Shown piece by piece: positions 22,660 to 28,082 of a stretch of DNA of 28,082 bases. Position 1 is the first letter of the stretch, and each line of letters starts with the position of its first letter. Both the position numbers and the translations under genes were made by a program. Origin of the DNA: Thermoplasmata archaeon (GTDB taxonomy: Archaea > Thermoplasmatota > SW-10-69-26 > JACQPN01 > JAJPHT01); contig JAXDQU010000070.1 of assembly GCA_034667685.1 (NCBI GenBank), positions 1 through 28,082 of the forward strand, given 5' to 3'. Below the pieces are notes generated by a model. It worked only from the letters and a program-made list of their open reading frames with translations. It was not told the origin of the DNA and ran no database searches.

Positions 22660-23676
22660 GTGAAGGTCGTCGACGGCGCGCGCGGCGAAGGCGGCGGCCA
22701 GGTGGCGCGGCTCGCCCTCGCGCTGGCGGCGGCCACCGGCACGCCCACCACGGTGGAGAACGTGCGCGCCAACCGCGAGCAGCCGGGCCTCAAGGCGGGG
22801 CACGTCGCGGCGTTCCGCGCGCTGGCGCAGCTCTGCGACGGCACCGTGGAGGGGGCGGACCTGGGCTCGACGCGCGTGACGCTCCGGCCGGGCGCGACGG
22901 TGGGGGGCGAGCATCGCTTCGCCATCGAGACGGCGGGCCCGGTGACGCTCCTCGCGCAGGCGCTCCTGCCCGCGTGCGTCGCGGCGCGGCAGCCCTTCAC
23001 GCTGCACCTGCAGGGTGGGACGAACGTCGCGTGGGCGCCGCAGTGGGACGACTACGCGCGCGTGCACCTGCCGCTCCTGCGCCGCCTGGGCATCGAGGCC
23101 GAGCCCGCGCTCGCGCGGCGCGGCTTCTTTCCCCAGGGCGGGGGCGAGGTGACGCTGGAGGTCGCGACGCCGACGCTGGCGCCCGCGTCCTTCGACGAGG
23201 CGGGCGAGGTGCGCGCGATCCACGCGGTCGTCGCGAGCCACGGCCTGCCCACGCACGTCGTGGACCGCGCGAAGTCCGCGATCCTCGACGCGCTCCCCGC
23301 CGCGCGCATCGAGGTCGACGCGCACCGCGGGCCGGGGACGGGGTTCGCCGTCTCGCTGCGCGCCGAGTGCCGGCACGGCATCCTGGGCGCCGACGCCGTG
23401 GGCAGGAAGGGCGTGCGCGTCGAGCAGGTGATCGAGGGGGCGGCCGCGGCGCTGAAGGCCGAGCTCACCAGCGGCGCGGGCGTCGACGTCCACCAGGCCG
23501 ACCAGCTCCCCGTCTTCCTCGCGCTCGCGGGCGGCGGGAGCTACACCGCGCGCATGCTTTCGCTCCACGCGCGCACCGTGCTGGAGATGCTGCCCGAGTT
23601 CCTGCCGGTGCGCGTCGAGGTGCGGCACGAGGCGCGCAAGGTTCACGTTATCCTCGCTCGTGGAGCCGATCGATAA
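22660..23676 (+). CDS. rtcA: RNA 3'-terminal phosphate cyclase
   Basis: DGARGEGGGQ, RANREQPGLKAGH, GGTNVAWAP, RRGFFPQGGGEV, DVHQADQL and SLHART (catalytic His). GTG start at 22660. Confidence 0.93.
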   Translation: MKVVDGARGEGGGQVARLALALAAATGTPTTVENVRANREQPGLKAGHVAAFRALAQLCDGTVEGADLGSTRVTLRPGATVGGEHRFAIETAGPVTLLAQALLPACVAARQPFTLHLQGGTNVAWAPQWDDYARVHLPLLRRLGIEAEPALARRGFFPQGGGEVTLEVATPTLAPASFDEAGEVRAIHAVVASHGLPTHVVDRAKSAILDALPAARIEVDAHRGPGTGFAVSLRAECRHGILGADAVGRKGVRVEQVIEGAAAALKAELTSGAGVDVHQADQLPVFLALAGGGSYTARMLSLHARTVLEMLPEFLPVRVEVRHEARKVHVILARGADR

Positions 23677-23725
23677 CAACCCGCCCGGCCTTGGGGGAGC
23701 GCCGCTCCGGCGGCACGTGAAGACC

Positions 23726-24172
23726 ATGAGCAAGACCCTTCGATGGACCGCCCTCCTGCTGACCCTCGCCACGCTGGCCGCCCCCCTCGCCACCGCGCTT
23801 CCCTCGCCCTCGATCCTCTACGACCTCGGCGTGGGCCCCTACGTCAACTACTGCAACAACGAGCTCAGCGGCGACGACGTCTGGGTGCTCCTCGTGGGCG
23901 CCGACACCAACGGCGACAACAACGGATACGCGGCCTGCGTGATGGACGAGTCCGCGATCGTGCACGACAACCTCCACCCCTTCGGCGGCATCGGCGCGCT
24001 CGTGGACGGCGACCTCTGCACGAGGACCACGTGCGCGGGCGTGCTTGGTACGACGGGCGCCTTCGTGCTGATCGGCAACACGGGCACGCACGTCTGCGCG
24101 GCCGGCCTGTGCCCGGAGCTGACCGTGGTCGTCGTGGTCGACGGCGTGGGCGTCTCCATCGTCGAGCCCTGA
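23726..24172 (+). CDS. Secreted Cys/Gly/Val-rich beta-type hypothetical protein
   Basis: Signal peptide MSKTLRWTALLLTLATLAAPLATA, 6 Cys and short hydrophobic strands separated by D/N/G turns. Confidence 0.72.
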   Translation: MSKTLRWTALLLTLATLAAPLATALPSPSILYDLGVGPYVNYCNNELSGDDVWVLLVGADTNGDNNGYAACVMDESAIVHDNLHPFGGIGALVDGDLCTRTTCAGVLGTTGAFVLIGNTGTHVCAAGLCPELTVVVVVDGVGVSIVEP

Positions 24173-24250
24173 GGGGGGAAAACCTCAAGCCAACCCTCCA
24201 CGCGGGGCCAAACGCCATGTCCTGGCCCGCGTCTCTCGGGGGCGGAGAGC

Positions 24251-25741
24251 ATGACGCGCCGCCCCATTCTCCTCATCCTGCTGCTCGTCGCGCCCCTCCT
24301 GGCATGCCCGCCCGCGGCGGACGCGAAGCGCATTCCCTACGCCGGCCCGTGCATCCAGGTCCACGTCGAGCTGCCCGACGCGCCGCCCGTGGACCAGCCG
24401 TGCCCGCCCGGCGCCGACACCAACACGACGTTCAACGTCACGCTCACGGCCCACAGCGCCGTGGGCCTCCTGACACTCGTGAAAGCGTATGTGATGTGGA
24501 CGCCGCCCGAGGCGGCCGCCCCCCAACGCAACGCGCCCTCGGGCTTCAACCCGGTCCAGCAGGCGCCAGATCCCAACGACGGCGCCTACCTCCGCGTCCA
24601 CGTCCGCGTCGCCTGGGGCGGCTCCTGCGACGACCTCCAGGGGGAGATGAGCGCCGAGGCGCAGGGCATGAGCGTCTCGCCGCGCCCCTCCTCCGCGCTG
24701 GCGGCCTTCTGCGGCGCCGTCCCCGACGCGGCCCTCGCGATGGACGCCGTGCAGGCGATCGCCCAGGAGCTCTCCGAGGCCTCGGCGCCGATGGGAGAGA
24801 CGCTCCGCGACGCGCTGGCGCCCGCGCCGCAGTCCGCCGAGCCCGCGCCGGGGACCGACGTGGGCGCGGAGGAAGCGCCCGCCAACGACACGACCGCCCC
24901 GGCCCAGGCGTTCGACACCAGCGCCGACGCCGAGGCCGCGGCGAGCCCCCAGGCCGCGAGCGCGGAGACCCGCGAGGAGGTCGCCCTCGCCGCGCTGGGC
25001 CAGGGCGTGACGGCACGGGCCGAGGCCGCCCCCCTGCCTCCGCCGCCGGGCCCCTCGGCGCCCCCGCCGCTCCTGCGCCTCGCCGCGCCCGCCCTGCCCG
25101 CCCCCGCGGCGCCGGCCTTCGTGCCGCCCCCGCCCCCCGCGCCCGTCGCCGTCCCCGCGCCCGCCCCGAGGGCCCTCGCGCCGCCCCCGGCCGTCGCGCC
25201 TGCCGCGTCCGCGCCGCCTCGCGCGGCGCTCGCGCAGCCCGACGCGAGCCCCCCGACGGGGGCCGTGGAGGTCGTGGCCGGCGCCGCGCTGCTCCTGCTG
25301 GCGGCCGTCGCGCTCTACCAGCGCCGCAGCCGGCCCGACGCGCTCCAGCACCCCGTCCGCGCGCGGCTCTACGAGGCGTGCGCCGCGCTGGATCGCCCCG
25401 CGCGCGCGGGCGAGCTGCAGGCCGCGGCCGGCGTCCCGCGCAAGGCCGTCGCGTACCATCTGCGTTACCTGGTGCGCCTGGGCCTGCTGCGCGAGGACGC
25501 GCCGCCCGACGCGCCGCGGACCTATGCGCTCCCCGCCGTGCGGCCTCCGGCGCCCGAGGCGCCCGTCGAGACGCGCATCCTCGCCCTCGTGCGCGACCGC
25601 CCCGGGCTGTGCGTGACGGAGATCGCGCGCGAGACGGGCGTGGGGTACGGGCGCGTCGACCGGCGCCTGCGCCTCCTGGCCCACGAGGGCGCGGTGGAGT
25701 GCCACGTCGACGCGGGCGAGCGGCGCTACTTCGCGGCGTGA
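24251..25741 (+). CDS. Predicted membrane-anchored transcription factor: signal peptide, extracellular domain, Pro/Ala linker, TM helix and tandem winged HTH
   Basis: N-terminal signal peptide, TM VVAGAALLLLAAVALY followed by QRR, then LQHPVRARLY...AVAYHLRYL and RPGLCVTEIARETGV...RRYF. Confidence 0.8.
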   Translation: MTRRPILLILLLVAPLLACPPAADAKRIPYAGPCIQVHVELPDAPPVDQPCPPGADTNTTFNVTLTAHSAVGLLTLVKAYVMWTPPEAAAPQRNAPSGFNPVQQAPDPNDGAYLRVHVRVAWGGSCDDLQGEMSAEAQGMSVSPRPSSALAAFCGAVPDAALAMDAVQAIAQELSEASAPMGETLRDALAPAPQSAEPAPGTDVGAEEAPANDTTAPAQAFDTSADAEAAASPQAASAETREEVALAALGQGVTARAEAAPLPPPPGPSAPPPLLRLAAPALPAPAAPAFVPPPPPAPVAVPAPAPRALAPPPAVAPAASAPPRAALAQPDASPPTGAVEVVAGAALLLLAAVALYQRRSRPDALQHPVRARLYEACAALDRPARAGELQAAAGVPRKAVAYHLRYLVRLGLLREDAPPDAPRTYALPAVRPPAPEAPVETRILALVRDRPGLCVTEIARETGVGYGRVDRRLRLLAHEGAVECHVDAGERRYFAA

Positions 25742-26683
25742 TCAGCCAAGCTGCACGATCCGCGCGCCCGCCTCGTCGATCGGCACCACGAGCGTCTCGC
25801 CGTGCGGCGCGAGGGCCTTCTCCAGCGCGCGGACGTTGCCGAACGCGAAGACGCTGTTGCCGAGCATGCTCATGCTCGCGCGGCCGTGGGGGCTCGCGGC
25901 GTCGATCGCGCGCTGGAGCGCGGGCGTCAGCAGCCCCGAGGCGCGCGCGAAGGCGCGCGATTGCTCCAGGAACGCGTCCATGGTGGGCGCCTTGAGCAGC
26001 GCCGCGAGCGCCTCGCGCCCGGCCGCGTTCACCGCGGCGCGCTTTGCCGGATCTGATAGCACGCTTCGCGTCTCCAGCGCGCCGCCCACGACGCAGAGCA
26101 CGCAGTCGCCGTGCCCCACGAAGCGCGTCGTGGCGCCGTAGGGCGGCAGGCCCGGCGCGGTGCGGATCTCGAAGCCGCCCACGCTCGCGCCGATGACGTC
26201 GCCCAGGCCGCCCCGCAGCAGCACGTCCGCGCCGTGCGCCGCGCGCAACGCCTCGCTGCGTCCGAGTCGCAGGCACTTCGCGAGCGCGAGCGAGGCGGAG
26301 AGCGCGCCCGCGGCGCTCATGCCGAAGCCCTGGCTCACCGGAAGCTGGAGCGTCGTGTCGACCTGCACGCGGATGCGCGCGCGGCGCCCCTGCGGCGCGT
26401 CCTTGTTGAGCGGGAGGCGGCCGTCGCGCACGGCCTGCTTGAGGAGCGCGGTGACGGCCTCGCGCGTGATCGGCGCGTCCGGCTCGGCGCCGTCGATCCG
26501 GATCGCGATCTCCATCTGCTCGGCGGGCGCCACCTCGACGAGCGAGACGGCGCCGCGCGAGAGCGAGAAGCCCGCGCCGCGGCTGCCACGCCGCTCCAGG
26601 TCCTGCGCCTCGTCGTGGATCTCGAAGAGGCCGGTCACGTGGCCGGGGCTGAACGCCGCGGCGCGGGCGGGCTCAACGCCCAC
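25742..26683 (-). CDS. pok: Pantoate kinase (archaeal GHMP kinase)
   Basis: AFSPGHVTGLF, GSRGAG, GHMP motif PVSQGFGMSAA, GLGDV and SMLGNSVF. Directly downstream of and overlapping coaBC. Confidence 0.9.
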   Translation of the reverse strand: MGVEPARAAAFSPGHVTGLFEIHDEAQDLERRGSRGAGFSLSRGAVSLVEVAPAEQMEIAIRIDGAEPDAPITREAVTALLKQAVRDGRLPLNKDAPQGRRARIRVQVDTTLQLPVSQGFGMSAAGALSASLALAKCLRLGRSEALRAAHGADVLLRGGLGDVIGASVGGFEIRTAPGLPPYGATTRFVGHGDCVLCVVGGALETRSVLSDPAKRAAVNAAGREALAALLKAPTMDAFLEQSRAFARASGLLTPALQRAIDAASPHGRASMSMLGNSVFAFGNVRALEKALAPHGETLVVPIDEAGARIVQLG

Positions 26684-27890
26684 GCGCCAGCTCCTCCGCG
26701 AGCCGCGATAGCACCGCGGCGGCGAGCGCGTCCGCATCGCCTTCGACGGGCGCGGCGCGCTGCGCGTCCACGATCAGGCTGCGCGTGCGGCCGGCGCGCA
26801 CGTCCTCCAGGAGGTTCGCCACGACGAACGCGCAGCCGTTGGCCTTGCCCGACGCGCGGGCGCGCTCGACGAGCTCCGCCTCCGCGACGCCGGCCTCGGC
26901 CTTGAACGAGACGAGCGCGCCCTCGAACGCCTTGCGCAGCGCGGGGAGCGCTTTGGGCGCGCGGGCGAGGCGCAGCGTGGGGGGCGCGTCGCTGGGGATC
27001 TTGCCCTTCGCGGGCTGCGCCGTGAAGTCGGAGAGCGCCGCGGGCACGAGCACGGCGTCGAAGCCGCGCGCGTCGGGGAGCATGGCGAGGAGGTCGTCCA
27101 GTGTGGAGAAGCGCCGCGTCGGGACGTCGGGCAGGTCGGCCTCGCCGTGGGCGAACCAATGCTCGACCTCGGCCCCGAGGCGCCACGCCTCGCGCGCGAG
27201 CGCCACGCCCGTCCGGCCCGTGCTGCGGTTCGACAGCACGCGCATGGCGTCGATGGGCTCCTGCGTCGCGCCGTTCACGACGAGGACCTTGCGGCCCGCC
27301 AGCGTGCGCGGGCCCAGGGCGCGCAGGACGCGCTCCACGATGTCCAGAGGCTCGGCGAGCTTGGCCTTGCCCTCCTCCATCCTGGGCTCGACGAAGGTGA
27401 CGCCCATCGCGCGCAACGTCTCGACGTGCTGCTGGAGCATGGGGCTCTCGTACATCGTCTCGTGCATCGCGAGCGCGACGATCGTGGGCGTGGTCGTGAG
27501 CCCCGTCGCGGCGAAGGTCGTCACGGGCGAGTCGTCGATCCCCAGCGCCATCTTCGCGAGCGTGTTGCCGGTGCACGGCGCCACGAGGAAGAGGTCGGCC
27601 TTCGCGTCGTGCCGCCCCAGGAGCGCCACGTGCTCGACGCCGCCCGTGATCTCCGTGATCGGCTTCATGCCGCACGCGAACTCCAGCGCGTAGGGATGGA
27701 GGATCTTCTGCGCGTCCTTGCTCATCACCGGCACGACGCGCGCGCCGTGGCGGATCAGCTCGCGCGCCAGCTCGACCGCGCGCACCGCGCTGATGCTGCC
27801 GGTGACCGCGAGCACGATCGTCTTGCCGGCGAGACGGCCCGAGCGCATGCCCACGATGCGCTCGGCCGGCTTGCGGCCCAGGTCGCTCAT
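26673..27890 (-). CDS. coaBC: Bifunctional phosphopantothenoylcysteine decarboxylase / phosphopantothenate--cysteine ligase
   Basis: IVLAVTGSISA, VEHV, APCTGNTLAKMALGIDD, AMH, archaeal-type PRMEEGKAK, GATQEPIDAMRVLSNRSTG, AALSDF, FKAE and VVAN. ATG 27890 has TTTTTCTATCA ~25 nt upstream. Confidence 0.95.
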   Translation of the reverse strand: MSDLGRKPAERIVGMRSGRLAGKTIVLAVTGSISAVRAVELARELIRHGARVVPVMSKDAQKILHPYALEFACGMKPITEITGGVEHVALLGRHDAKADLFLVAPCTGNTLAKMALGIDDSPVTTFAATGLTTTPTIVALAMHETMYESPMLQQHVETLRAMGVTFVEPRMEEGKAKLAEPLDIVERVLRALGPRTLAGRKVLVVNGATQEPIDAMRVLSNRSTGRTGVALAREAWRLGAEVEHWFAHGEADLPDVPTRRFSTLDDLLAMLPDARGFDAVLVPAALSDFTAQPAKGKIPSDAPPTLRLARAPKALPALRKAFEGALVSFKAEAGVAEAELVERARASGKANGCAFVVANLLEDVRAGRTRSLIVDAQRAAPVEGDADALAAAVLSRLAEELARGR

Positions 27891-28082
27891 CGCCTCGGGA
27901 TGCCAGGGGGTGATAGAAAAAGGATGCCTCACGCCGCGGCTTCCCCACCGTTGGCTGAGCGCGCCACAACCCGTGTTCGTCAGCGACGTCGGCGTCGTGA
28001 CTTGCAGGTCTCCGGTGACCATCGACCCCCCAACCCCCCTGATCCCAGGGGGGACGACGACGGCCTCGCGCGCACGGCGCGC

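Noticed and set aside
21349-23793. 814-aa ORF suggesting a long N-terminal fusion to GT4
   Set aside because: The N-terminal part is antisense to rtcA and runs through the palindromic element. GT4 begins with the typical MRIVHV at 22452.
27330-27480. CoaC lacking the bacterial PAMN and ACGxxGxG catalytic-Cys clamp as a sign of inactivation
   Set aside because: AMH and EEGKAK are the normal archaeal CoaBC variant.
28025-28053. C-run/G-run hairpin near the right edge resembling 2822-2838
   Set aside because: Short homopolymer stems are common in high-GC DNA, and the context is cut off by the window end.

Overview
High-GC archaeal chromosome segment. LonB, AglB, pantoate kinase, archaeal-type CoaBC/Prs/NadM and a Bat-type HTH point to Archaea; a Thermoplasmatota-like lineage is my inference. 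The housekeeping backbone is tryptophanase, a DHH phosphoesterase, a HEXXH metallopeptidase, a PRC-barrel protein, aglB, prs, lonB, nadM, two GT2s, a Wzx-like flippase, a GT4, rtcA, pantoate kinase and coaBC. The accessory block at about 1.5-7.5 kb is the most interesting part. (i) A three-gene minus-strand unit (3538->1468) encodes a secreted protein of four ~44-aa repeats, a protein with an archaeosortase-type C-terminal anchor, and a lipoprotein carrying two copies of the same repeat. This is a candidate undescribed surface fibre/matrix system (major subunit, anchor, lipid-anchored paralog). (ii) An alpha-crystallin/Hsp20 domain overlaps a Gly/Pro-rich ORF at a UUU_CGC +1 shift-like site, and that ORF shares a helix with a convergent 56-aa ORF. 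Several intergenic gaps contain long perfect palindromes whose arms or cores are tandem 7-, 8- or 9-mers, plus 6-mer arrays. There is also a predicted membrane-tethered double winged-helix regulator. No rRNA, tRNA, CRISPR array or transposase was recognised. All calls are by eye from motifs; no searches were run.
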